Made by a program: the position numbers and the translations under genes. DNA of 64,000 nt, from assembly GCF_018350175.1 (NCBI RefSeq), contig NC_058368.1, positions 145,206,001-145,270,000 on the forward strand, read 5' to 3'. Source of the stretch: Felis catus. Its lineage: Eukaryota. The notes under the pieces were generated by a model. It was not told where the DNA came from and did no database searches. It was given only the letters and a program-made list of their open reading frames with translations. The stretch's first letter is position 1. Each line of letters starts with the position of its first letter. This document shows positions 38,345-48,879 of the stretch, one piece after another.

Positions 38345-39420
38345 TCCAACATTTTATTAAGGAAACTTTTCTTTTCTTGTCTTTTCTTTTCTTTTTTAAA
38401 GATTTTACTTTTAAGTAATCTCTACACCCAACATGGGTAGATCAAGAGTCACATGCTGTACTGACCAAGCCAGCCAGGTGCCCAAGAAAACATACAGAAA
38501 AGTTGAAAGAATGACACAATGAATACCCGTACATTTACTATCCAGATTATATGATTTACATTTGCTATATTTACTTTAACACATACACATTTATTCCTCT
38601 ATCAACCTATCACTTCACATTCATTTTTTGATACATTTCAAAAGAAGTTGCAGACATCAGTGCATCCGACCCCCCCAAACACTTCAGCATGCATATCATT
38701 AGAGTTCAATATTTGCTTATGGGTTTAAAAATGTTTTTAGTGTGGTACAATATGTGTAACATAAAAAAATTACATTCGAATCATTTGTAAATATGCGGTT
38801 CTGTGGCATTAAGTACATTCACATTGTTGTACAACCATCACCACTGTCCATCTCCAGAACTTGCCATTTTCTTTCACTGAAACTCTGTATCTATTAAACA
38901 AGAACCCCCCACTCCCCTCTCACCTCAGCCCCTGGCAACCACCATTCTCCTTTCTGTCCCTGTGAATCTGACTACTCAAGGTACCCATATAAATGAGATC
39001 ATACAATACTTAATTCTTTTGTGACTGGCTAATTTCATTTAGCATAATGTCTTCAAGGTTCATCCACGTTGTAGCGTATGTCGAAATTGCCTTCCTTTTT
39101 CAGGCCAAATAGTATTTCCTTGTATGTGCATAGTATATGTTGTTTATCCATTTCATCCACTGATGGACACTTGAGTTGCTTCCACCTTTTACCTATTGTG
39201 AATAATGCTCTTATGAACATGGGTGTTCACATGTCTTTTCAAGTCCCTGCTTTCACTTCTTTTGGGTATATTCCCAGAAATGGAATTGCTAGATCATATG
39301 GTAATTCTATATATAATTTTTTGAGGACTCTATGGTTTCTTTTTTATGTAAAATTTACACACAGTGAAATACACACATCTTAATCTACAGTTTGATGGGT
39401 TGCGGCAAATGCATACTCTA
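38345..39420 (-). mobile_element. Nested old L1 fragments (L1MC/ME, with an L1MB-like 3' end at about 38735-39330) and a short SINE at about 38370-38483
   Basis: cattaagtacattcacattgttgtacaaccatcacc...tgatggacacttgagttgcttccacc...ggaattgctagatcatatgg. Confidence 0.85.
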
Positions 39421-40403
39421 GTGGATATTTTTTTGTTTCTTTTTTAGGTCCTTAATATATGTAAGAATTTTTCAGTTAGAATGCTGACATTTTCTGTGAC
39501 CAGAATCCTGATGGAAAGAGTGTGGTGTTATATGACACCAGGCATTCATTTTCAGGATCTACTGACCTTACTAATCCTCATATTTTGAAATCTGTAAAAG
39601 ATCTCACAGTCCTGAAATTAGGAATTTGCAAAAACAATTATCTCCATCTTCCACTACCAACTGTAAACACTTAAGCTTGTGTAAGCAATGACTATAGTTG
39701 TTTCAAAGAGGGATTTTTAAGCAGAAGAATGCATGTTGAGCTAAGTTGCATTCTTACCCTACCCATTACAGGGGATGAGATGATCTCCCCCTGTATCTAT
39801 CATGCAGATTTTCCAGAGTCTGTAATGAGGCTCTTCCTAAAGATTCTAAGCAGGCAGTGAACAATATTTATCTTGTGTATCAAGAATTTATGTTATTGAA
39901 AATGAAAACAACAATGTATACAGCAATCAGATTGGGAAGGTAGTAGTCTCATTGTGAAGGGTGTGGGAAAATAGACATTCTCAGATACTGTAGGTGGCAT
40001 GATAGGAGGGTTTTACTTACTGCTTGTTAACATTTTTAATATACCTTTTTCCAACCTCAGGAGTTTCACTTCTAGGGATTTTTTTTTACAGAGTTGCTTG
40101 TACAAGTGCACCAAGATATATATTTGTACACTGTTGTGCATTGCTACATGGCTTATAGTAGCAAAAAACTGGAAACAACCCAAATAACAGTCAGTAGGTA
40201 ACTGGTAAAAATAATTCCTGATATGCCCACGTTTAACTGGTATAATTTGCTTTAACAGCTTGGACACAAATAAGGTTACATCGTTTCTCTTTTTTTCAAA
40301 TTTTATTAGGCCTGAACATCTATGTGCCCGATTAGTGCCAGAGGAAGTCCACTGCCTGTCTCCTTTCTTAAGGCCTCTTCCCTCCCCTTAATTATACAAC
40401 CAC

Positions 40404-40545
40404 CCTGAGGCTTTACTCTTTGCAAAGTGGCCAGTCCTGCTTCTAAATGCCTCATGGAGAGAGAACTAGGGAATCTGATTAGTTTATTACAAGCCTTATT
40501 TTCAGCGTCTGTTGCTTCTGTTTGCCATAATATGACTGTTGAAAG
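40404..40545 (-). pseudogene. Pseudo-exon, LSTVILWQTEATDAENKACNKLIRFPSSLSMRHLEAGLATLQRVKPQ
   Basis: Acceptor tttattacttttgcag|C, donor AGG|gtggtt, 142 nt open, phase 0 to 1. Confidence 0.7.
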
Positions 40546-40779
40546 CTGCAAAAGTAATAAATAGGGTCTAGCATTGTAAAATAAAGATTAAAAAAAAAGG
40601 TTTGATTAAGACTTGTTTTAAAAAAGTAAAAGTAAAGATTATCTTATCTTTAAATGTGATTTATCTTTGAAGACATACAGATAACAACTCTAATTGCAAC
40701 AATGCTCTAATTTTTAGAATAAACAAAAAAAATGAATCAAGTATTGATTTGGTTAGGGGGATAATTTTTCCAGCAAAAT

Positions 40780-41085
40780 TGTATGATAGCAAATTTTGAC
40801 ACTTCACTTCATGCTGACTTTTAGAGCAGAATCATACAAAGGTCATTTTGAAAAAAGATGTGAAGTCTTCATCAGTTTTCCTGAGAGCTTCTCTTAATCC
40901 TTTGATATTCAAATAATTCTCCTTTTGAAGAATTTATCCTCTTATCATCCTTGTTGTTTTTCTCATCTTTAATTGTTAACTGGTCTAACACTGCCAGATA
41001 CTCATTTGCTTATGGAACAGTTCTCCAAAATCACTTTCAATGACTTCATAAAATTCTGCATCTTTTGCAAGATTAGCAATCTTAC
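40780..41085 (-). mobile_element. Tigger/pogo transposase remnant
   Basis: Minus-strand translation with frameshifts: IANLAKDAEFYEVIESDFGELF...EYLAVLDQLT...LNIKGLREALRKTDE...CYHTILLEK, resembling the post-DDE C-terminus of Tigger transposases. Confidence 0.65.
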
Positions 41086-42611
41086 ATGGCCACTGAAATG
41101 CATTTTATTTACATTGTATTGTTAGATGTTTATAATATCTACCATCAGTAAAATTGACTGGGTGGGGATAGATGCTAGTATTAAGTCAGGAGTACTATTT
41201 AAGTAGAGACTAATTTAGTAAGTGGTCAGTTTATTAATGGATATTTTGTTATGACCAATTTTTGCTTTCCTACACAACTTAGCAACTAGTGATTCAGATA
41301 ATGATAATGAATAGCTGGATAACAAGAAATTACTATGCAGCACTAAAAAGGAATGAGTTGTGTGTTGACATGGAAAAATGTTTCACAATGCATGGTTAAA
41401 TGAAAAGAGCAAGTTCCAAGGATACGAATAGCATAACAATGTTTCCATGAAATAGTAATAGTTAAGGTTAGCGTATGCATCAAAAATATAAATAAATAAA
41501 ACAACTTAGAAAAGTATACTGTATTAGCAGTCATTTCCAAGAGGTGTGGGGCAGGGAGGAAAGCTCATCTTGGTGGCCTTATTTTTAATGAGTAATTTAT
41601 TACACTTTTAAATCTGATAAAAGCCAATTAAAAATATTTTTAACCAATACAGCTTAGAAATGTCCAGAGGTTAAAAAAGAAAAAACGAAAAAGAAAAGAA
41701 AGATGGGCTGCCACTACATTAATGTCCAAAGAGTATAGTCTTAGAAAGAGCTTTTACGGACCCATTTTGAAGGGGCATAATGGGATTCTTCAATATAAAC
41801 CTGTTTTGTTATAAACACCCCAGAACTCATTCTCACAATAGTCAAGCCACAAACATTTACTGAGAATCTGTTATTTTCATGATACTGCGTTGCACTTAAC
41901 CGCTCAGAGGAATACAAAGATCTGTAAGACTACCAGAGCCTGTCCTCAAAAAGCTAACAGCTTTTTGGTAAGAGGCTCCTGACTGAACGAAGTAGGCAAC
42001 AGCACCTGATCACCAGGACCCAAGGTCTCAGCAAGATGGTACACCTGTGCCAAGGTGGAGACAGTGATTAGTTGAGTTTTCAGAGCCTTTGCTGCTGCCT
42101 AGAATTCTGGGCGCCCAAGCATTGGGTGAGTGTCAGAACTGAGCATAGATATTCACCTTCAGAGAAGAATGCAGTTTCTTCATTCTCCATGGGAAGAGAA
42201 ATTCATAGATTTGTTAAAGACCAGTTAGAGCTCCATTCAGATCTTGTGAAGGCTTCAGGGGGCTTTTGATGGGGATACTGAAATGAGGTGGTAAACGGGG
42301 GGGGGGTATTTATTTTTTTACTCTTCTGCCCTATTTTATGAATGAGAAACCTGAGGCTGACTCAAGGTTACGCTGCTGCTAAGGACAGAATCAGGATTTA
42401 AGCCTAGCACTTGTGACTCTAGAGCCTGCTGTCTTAATTTTTATAATCCATTCCTTTCTCATTGCAGGTTATAGTCTAATTGTCACCTGCTACTTGTGGA
42501 AGGAAGAGATGTTTGGCATGGCACTGATCAATGTGTATATTTACTGGGAAGTTTACCCCAGGAGAAAAGAGAAAACCAGCTGTGTGAATGGAATTTGGAG
42601 AAAGGTAAAAC

Positions 42612-42707
42612 CTCCTTGTAAACAACAACAAGATCCATGAAATCTCTATAGTCTTCCTGGATAAGAAGTTGGCAAGATTTCTGTAGACTTGGTCTTCCTT
42701 TGCACTC
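42612..42707 (-). pseudogene. Pseudo-exon, ECKGRPSLQKSCQLLIQEDYRDFMDLVVVYKE
   Basis: Acceptor attatttccag|G, donor GAG|gtttta, 96 nt open, phase 0 to 0. Confidence 0.7.
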
Positions 42708-42882
42708 CTGGAAATAATCCATTTAGGGCAGAGTTGAAGCACATAAACAGAGTAATACTTTCTCTTCTGCCTCTCTTCTGCTTAAGCAGTAGACAATCAG
42801 CAGTTCTTTGGGTTCTCAATTTAGTTGCAACAAAATTCACTTTGAAAAATATGCTGTTGAGACACTTCAATTACAGACTCAC

Positions 42883-43028
42883 TTTGTATGGCATATTCAA
42901 TATATAGGATAAAAGTGCTTTATATGTGCTGTATAACATATAGCGATAATGTAGTGTGCTGTAGTATTTACCACTTTATTGTACCAACTTGTTCTTTACA
43001 GCTCTTCAAAATACAGGGAAAGTATGAC
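42883..43028 (-). pseudogene. Pseudo-exon, HTFPVF*RAVKNKLVQ*SGKYYSTLHYRYMLYSTYKALLSYILNMPYK
   Basis: Acceptor ctctaataag|G, donor AAA|gtgagt, 146 nt, phase 1 to 0, two stops. Confidence 0.7.
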
Positions 43029-43087
43029 CTTATTAGAGTGAGAGTTAAAAACTTAAAAAAACCGTATATTAAAAAAAAATCATTTGT

Positions 43088-43317
43088 GGGGCGCCTGGGT
43101 GTCTCTGTCAGTTAAGTGTCTGACTCTTGATTTCAACTCAGGTCATGATCTCATGGTTTGTGAGATGGACCCCGGCATCAGGCACTCTGATGACAGGGTG
43201 GGGACTGCTTTGGATTGTCTCCCTCACTCTCTCTCTGCCTCTCTCTCTCTCTCTCTCTCTCTCTCAAAAATAAATAAGTAAGTAAGTAAATAAATAAATA
43301 AACTTTAAAAAAATTTT
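43088..43317 (+). mobile_element. Can-SINE inside a pseudogene intron
   Basis: TSD AAAAATCATTTG at 43075-43086 and 43318-43329. Confidence 0.93.
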
Positions 43318-43361
43318 AAAAATCATTTGATCTTTTAGGAAAAGTTTATTATATGTATTAC

Positions 43362-43517
43362 CTTGCAAAATAGTATCATAGAAGAATTGGATATAGAAAA
43401 AAAAAGGTTTTAGTTCACTACTGTGATCATTATAAAATAGAAGACAAATTATATAGGTCGCTTCCCTTGTTGCAGAGTGAAAACAAACTAGTATGTGAAA
43501 TGCAAAAATACCCCCTT
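43362..43517 (-). pseudogene. Pseudo-exon, GGIFAFHILVCFHSATREATYIICLLFYNDHSSELKPFFFYIQFFYDTILQ
   Basis: Acceptor cattttccattag|A, donor AAG|gtaata, 156 nt fully open, phase 1 to 1. Confidence 0.75.
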
Positions 43518-43596
43518 CTAATGGAAAATGTCTGGGAGTTACTGCCTTGAAAAATTTCTAAAAAGTACTCAACATCCTAAACAATAGGAAAATAAC

Positions 43597-43703
43597 TTGT
43601 GTATAATGAGCTACACATTCTCTTCTTCTTTGCCCTCTTTATCTCTGAGAATGTGAGGAGTTGGCATTGAACATAGCAATGACTTATGGACAACCTCAAA
43701 GGT
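43597..43703 (-). pseudogene. Pseudo-exon, PLRLSISHCYVQCQLLTFSEIKRAKKKRMCSSLYT
   Basis: Acceptor ttttttttttcatag|A, weak donor CAA|gttatt, 107 nt; 108-nt upstream intron. Confidence 0.55.
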
Positions 43704-43811
43704 CTATGAAAAAAAAAACAATCTGCAGTTTTGCTGAGGCAAGCATCAGAATCCCAAACATTATTGTCTGAGAACAAATCACTTGATTAGTGAGTGGGCT
43801 CAGCCATCCAC

Positions 43812-43915
43812 CTGGTATTCACATCTTAAGCAAGATCTTATGGTTCTCTATAATCGCCACATCTGCAATAAATCCTGAGAAGAGATAATAACTTTGTTTC
43901 TTTGTAAAAATGGCC
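43812..43915 (-). pseudogene. Pseudo-exon (104 nt; frame ambiguous)
   Basis: Acceptor ttgactttcttttcag|G, donor CAG|gtggat; 1-2 stops depending on frame. Confidence 0.6.
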
Positions 43916-44065
43916 CTGAAAAGAAAGTCAACTGCCAGTGCAGTGCTAAAAAATGATGGCATTTATTAATTTTCATTATCATATTTTTTATATTTAAAAA
44001 TATATTTATATTTAGATTATATTGTAATTAGATGCATGACATTGGAGGCCTCTTGATATACTTAT

Positions 44066-44158
44066 AAATTTGAAGTCTCTCTGCGTATACAGGCATTTCT
44101 CTGCAGACTGGCACATGACTTCTGTAAATAGAGATGGGAAGACCCCTTCTGGTTTCAC
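44066..44158 (-). pseudogene. Pseudo-exon, VKPEGVFPSLFTEVMCQSAEKCLYTQRDFKF; donor mutated to ATAAGT
   Basis: Strong acceptor ttttttctaaccaacag|G, 93 nt open (a second frame is also open), followed by ataagt. Confidence 0.65.
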
Positions 44159-44350
44159 CTGTTGGTTAGAAAAAAAAAAAGAAAATATTATATTACTGTG
44201 ATCTTTTGGGGGATAAGCTCCTTGAGAACCTAAATGTACTATGTAACTGCCAGGGTCTGAGATTGGTGTTTGTCAACAAAAGCTCTCTTAGGTCCGTGAA
44301 GTAGTTGCTTTCCTCTAAATTTTGCTTTTAAAAAACCCTCTGTAATTGAC

Positions 44351-44920
44351 CTTGTTCACCATTCTGCAGCTGAGAAAGGGCTCATTGTTTTTAACTGAGA
44401 GTTCCACATAGCAATCACAATAATCCTAGAATTTTATAAACCACAGAATTAAGATGGCTCTCCAAGCAGATATCACCAGGCTGTTGATAGGTGAAGAGCT
44501 TATATTTTATGCCATGTTATTAGGTATGTTAGGTTCTAACTGGAGACTGAAGTTGAATCACTTATTATTCTACACATGCCCCTTACTGGTAGTCGGTGAA
44601 ACTCAGATGAGAATACCCTGTCCAGGATTTGATTATGATGATACATGGCAAGATGTCAAGCATCTTCAGAGGTCTTAGATTTCTGGCCTAATGCCATTTG
44701 AGAGATGACCTCTGATTTTCATTTGGCCTTCATGAGGATGTTGCAAAACATTATTCTCATAACTGGTTCTAGCTGTAATTCTTTTTTTTTTTTAAGTTTT
44801 TATTTAACTGTAATTCCTAGTGGTTGTTGTGGAAAGGTGGTAGCATCATATAGTTGGACTTGTACGTTCTGAAGAATCTTTGTTGTCTCAGAAGAACTCA
44901 AGGAAATGTAATTTCCAAAC
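44351..44920 (-). pseudogene. Large pseudo-exon, FGNYISLSSSETTKILQNVQVQLYDATTFPQQPLGITARTSYENNVLQHPHEGQMKIRGHLSNGIRPEI*...DYCDCYVELSVKNNEPFLSCRMVNK
   Basis: Acceptor atcttttccag|G. Removing the 35-nt insertion (one TSD copy plus 44782-44807) gives 69 open codons and 535 nt, phase 2 to 0. Several stops in the middle. Confidence 0.55.
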
Positions 44921-45192
44921 CTGGAAAAGATTCGATCTTTGAATCACTTGTTTAGTCTTATTGCCTTGAGTTAGATAAAGTGAGTTACTCTTTATGAAGC
45001 CTGAACAATGCCAGAAACACATCATTAAAATGTTAATTTAATTTGGCATGTTGAGGTAAGAATCCAGACAGTTTGGTTCACCCTAAAAGTGAGTGGGATT
45101 AATGATACTGTTTTTGATCTAGAATAATTCTGGTCACATGAATGAGAGTTCCAAGGCAAGGAGATGGAGGTTAGTTATGAAGATGCGCTCAC

Positions 45193-45381
45193 CGCCTTTG
45201 CAGTAGGTTCAGGACTAAAGTATAAAGTTTGCTTTCTTCAGAGTTGTTGATTGCATACTTTTGGAAAACATTAAATTCACTTTTAAGAGGAAGGCAAAAG
45301 TTAAAATTTATTTGGCTAATGAGTTTAATTTTGTGATCATGAGTTTTTCTTTTGTTCTTCACTTCCCTGCTAACTTTTGAA
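45193..45381 (-). pseudogene. Pseudo-exon, SKVSREVKNKRKTHDHKIKLISQINFNFCLPLKSEFNVFQKYAINNSEESKLYTLVLNLLQR (may start at 45538)
   Basis: Acceptor cttccattttag|T, donor GCG|gtgagc, 189 nt fully open; alternative upstream acceptor tttacattttacag with exon start 45538. Confidence 0.7.
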
Positions 45382-46403
45382 CTAAAATGGAAGATCCCTT
45401 TTTCATATGCTACCACCTTGTTTTGCAAATCACCAGCAGGCCCATAGTAGAAGTTAAAACTTTGCAGGCCCAGATATCACAAGAGTATTCTTTTTCTATT
45501 TGCCAAGATAAAATCCCAACTTATGGCTTAGGACCATACTGTAAAATGTAAATAGCATTTTAATGAGCCATATAGAGGAAGACTGGGCTGGGCCAGTTGC
45601 CCACCACTGAAAGGCTGGATTTAAGGGTACCTTGGGTCATAATGAAACTAGTTTGGTGGTCTTAGCCTCCCTAGTAGACATTTTCCCACATTAGAAACCC
45701 AGCACAGGAGATCATGCAATTCCTTACAAAGGACAATTGTAGTTCTGCCCAAAACCAGAACTGGAGTGTGGATGGGATAACTAGAGGAGAAGCTAGATCA
45801 GTTAAGCTTTTAATTCTAAATTAAAATACTGCCTAAATTTAGGAGGAAAATGGAAAGGGGAAAATAACTGCATTGTGTATTTTTATTTCTGTCCACATTC
45901 TGTAATCTCAGACACTATCTAAGGACATCTCTTTTTTTCCATTTCCTTCACTATCCATGTTTTTGACTCTGAGAATATATTTTTCAAAAACATTGACTAA
46001 AACCATTGTGTTAAACTCTCAATCCTAATAACTCCAGCTCCTGGGGCTACAGGACTGAACATCTCAACTAGATTCCATATGAACTATACTGGTATTTTTC
46101 CAACCTCTCCCTGATTCCAAATTCATCTTCTCTAACTAGCTATATCTTACCTGTCCCTTAATCCAGGCACTGTCCCAGTTCCTACAGGGAACCCTCTGTA
46201 ATGACAAGCACACACCTTCATCTCACCTTTTTAGTACTTGTCTATATGGAATAGTTAATGCCTAATCATATGCATTTGATAATCAAGTTGACTGAAAATA
46301 TAAGTGAACATTTAAAAGGTAGATTAAAAAAAAAAAAACTCCAAAAATAAGATGCTACATTCCTGACTTTACTTTAACAAAGAGGATTCTTTACTCCTTT
46401 TAC

Positions 46404-46540
46404 CTCTTTGGAAAAAGACTGGGGCTCTAAATCCCTTAATAATTCTACTTGATTTAAATCTGACTTTAATCCTGCATGATAAATTAAGATTCTGTATCTT
46501 TTCACCCTTGCTTTTTGGAGTAATTTGTCTAACCCAGCAC
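46404..46540 (-). pseudogene. Pseudo-exon, AGLDKLLQKARVKRYRILIYHAGLKSDLNQVELLRDLEPQSFSKE
   Basis: Acceptor ctatttatgcag|G, donor GAG|gtaaaa, 137 nt, open in phase 1 to 0. Confidence 0.55.
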
Positions 46541-48879
46541 CTGCATAAATAGATCAGATTCTCTAAGCAATCCAAAGGCATTCCATTTAGGCCAGGTAGA
46601 GCAAATGGTGCTATCTGCCACCCCACCAGAGGACATCCTGACCTGGATAGTGTGTGGGTCCTTGAGGAGTGGTTGTATTTAGAGACCCACTGACTGAAGG
46701 AAAGACATCTGACTCCTCTGATTGCATGTAGAGTTCCCTGGACAGCCACTACAGGTCTCCACTTACATTACAGGACTTCCAATCCCCACCCCCCCAGCCC
46801 CAACTTAAAGAAAAAAAAAAAAAAATTTGTCCCTGAGAGGCTGCCGGTAGCCATCCAGAAGGAGAAATCTGGCATTTTCCCAGCACAGTGCTGCCCTGTA
46901 GCAGGATAATGTGCCTTTCCTGGAGTTGGGCAGACTTTGCCCTAAGGTTACATTTCCACACAAAGAAGTCTTTTAAGGGTGCTGTTGCAGGCCTCTACAC
47001 TGGAGGTTTACGTCTGTCAATCTCAGAAAAAAGGAGGCCGTAATAAAACTGCAGGAGCCAGCAGTGGGGAATTACAACTCCAGGATCAGCGGAGGTCTGC
47101 CTCACAGCCTTGCTCTATGCTGAGAGTTGGCCTCTCTGAGGACAGAGAACAATAAAGCAGAAGGAATTTAAGTCAATTGGCTGCTGGATTGCATTAGCAG
47201 GACTAGAGAAGGGGGCACTTGCTGAGGGTGGTGCACTGACTCTTGGCTGCTGCCATTGTGCCAACCCAGCTGGGGTATCCAGAGTCTGAGAAAATGAGAA
47301 AAGTTCACCCAAGTCAAACAAGCCACAGGAAGGATTGCAAACCCCCAAGTTGGAGGCTGTGTGTGTAGCAGCCAGTGCCACTCCATGTGTAATTCAGTTG
47401 ACCTATAGTGAGAACTGATACAAATTAAGATCTCAGTGAATGACCATGATAGGCAGAAAAACAGGAAATGCATCAGAAAGTGGACCTGAATACTTTGTAA
47501 AGAGAGATGAGGGAAAACAAAGGTGGCAGCATTTGGGACTTAGGCAAAGAGAGGGGTGAGGAAGCCACCAAGTGGATCTGATTGGTTTGGAGGATGGAGG
47601 AGCAAGTGGGTAATGGAGCTTAGAATAGAGAGGGCATCACTGCCACCTGTCCGACAGCTCCACAGCCCTGATTTTGGCAGTGTGGCCCTGATGCCTGCAT
47701 GGAAGGCTTGTTAGACTTAGCTTGAGAGCTTCCTAAAATATCCACGGGCCTGATGCAATATTACTTTGTGATGGCATTGCATTGCGATGTGGTGACAGGA
47801 TAACCTGATGGTGAGGAAGGAGGGTCTTTTATGTCTTCATAGGATTGTGTCTGAGAGAGGCCAGGTGATCGGAGCATTCCCAAAGGAAGATGGGTCAGCT
47901 GGAACAGTGGTTAAGCTTTCTGATGTGGAAGAACAGAGTTCCCATCCACCCACTCCCACTGCAGAGCCTGGATACCTGGGGAGGGCTCAGTCAGGGGCTG
48001 AAGTCTCAGGAGGACAGCCCCAAGGGGCCCCTCAGCAGTCCACAGGGCATTCTAAAAAGCAGAGCAAGCAGGGAAAGGGCTGTGCTAACCAATCTTCATG
48101 AAGCAAGCAGCAGAAAGAAGGTAGCTTTCCCCAGAGTAAGTCCTCTGGGCAAAGGCACAGCATTTGGGTTGGAGAAGGGGAGAGGAGGCAGGCCAAATCT
48201 GGAGAAAGACACCAAGCTAGTAGCACCAGCCAGGTTTGGCCTAGGTCCCCAAATAAAAACAATTTGCCTAGCTCTAGGCAAGCCCTTGTTCTGCATAATG
48301 ACTTGAATTCTGAAATGTGAATTAAACCCTGCAAAGGAATGCAACTCTTTCTCCATCCCGCAGGCCATTCTACTATTCTTAAGGGGTGCGAGGTGCGTTT
48401 CAGGAAGGTTTAAAATTTTTACCCCTTTATCAAAACATGGCAAGTGTCAGCCCCATCTCCCGCCATCCCTGCCCCCACTGCTCAAAGTGTTCAAAACTAC
48501 AAGCTGCAACATCTTTTCAGCAAGTAATCAGCACAAGTTGAAAGGCACATGCTGTCGCATTTCTGATCAGATTGTATGTTAAGCAGGAAAATATACCCCC
48601 TCAACAACTTCCCCCCACCCTTTTTTGGCTAAATGCATGTCTGTTTAAAGAGCCACCAGGCAGTGCCTCTCACTTTGTCTTGGCAGGGCACAACCATCAG
48701 ACGAAGTGGGAGGAAGAAACATTAACTTCAACAGCTGTTTCTTGACCCCGGCTGTCAGTCTTCCCAAGAATAAATTTTGGAGAGTCCTATTTGAAACAAA
48801 GAGGGAGTTTTTGAGGAGAGAAAAGTTGGTTGGTTCCAGGGAGGCCGCCCAAAGAAGCAGGGAACAAGATGTTTGCAGT

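Larger units (their letters stand above)
1745..46540 (-). pseudogene. Decayed multi-exon gene (probable unitary pseudogene, about 35 candidate exons); ancestral product possibly a large multi-RGS-like-domain protein
   Basis: Minus-strand segments bounded by polypyrimidine-AG acceptors and GT/GC donors, confined to repeat-free gaps. 17 consecutive exons from 45381 to 31311 join in one frame with about 24 stops in about 900 codons by hand count, against roughly 55-60 expected at this AT content. Candidate last exon starts at 2002 with AATAAA at 1750-1745. Confidence 0.8.

Noticed and set aside
1745..46540. Calling the lost gene RGS22 or RGSL1 itself
   Set aside because: Only motif-level resemblance; I cannot recognise orthologue-level identity.
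46767..46803. 37-nt minus-strand micro-exon with strong splice sites
   Set aside because: Low-complexity G-rich content with an in-frame stop; the acceptor may be a chance poly-T tract.
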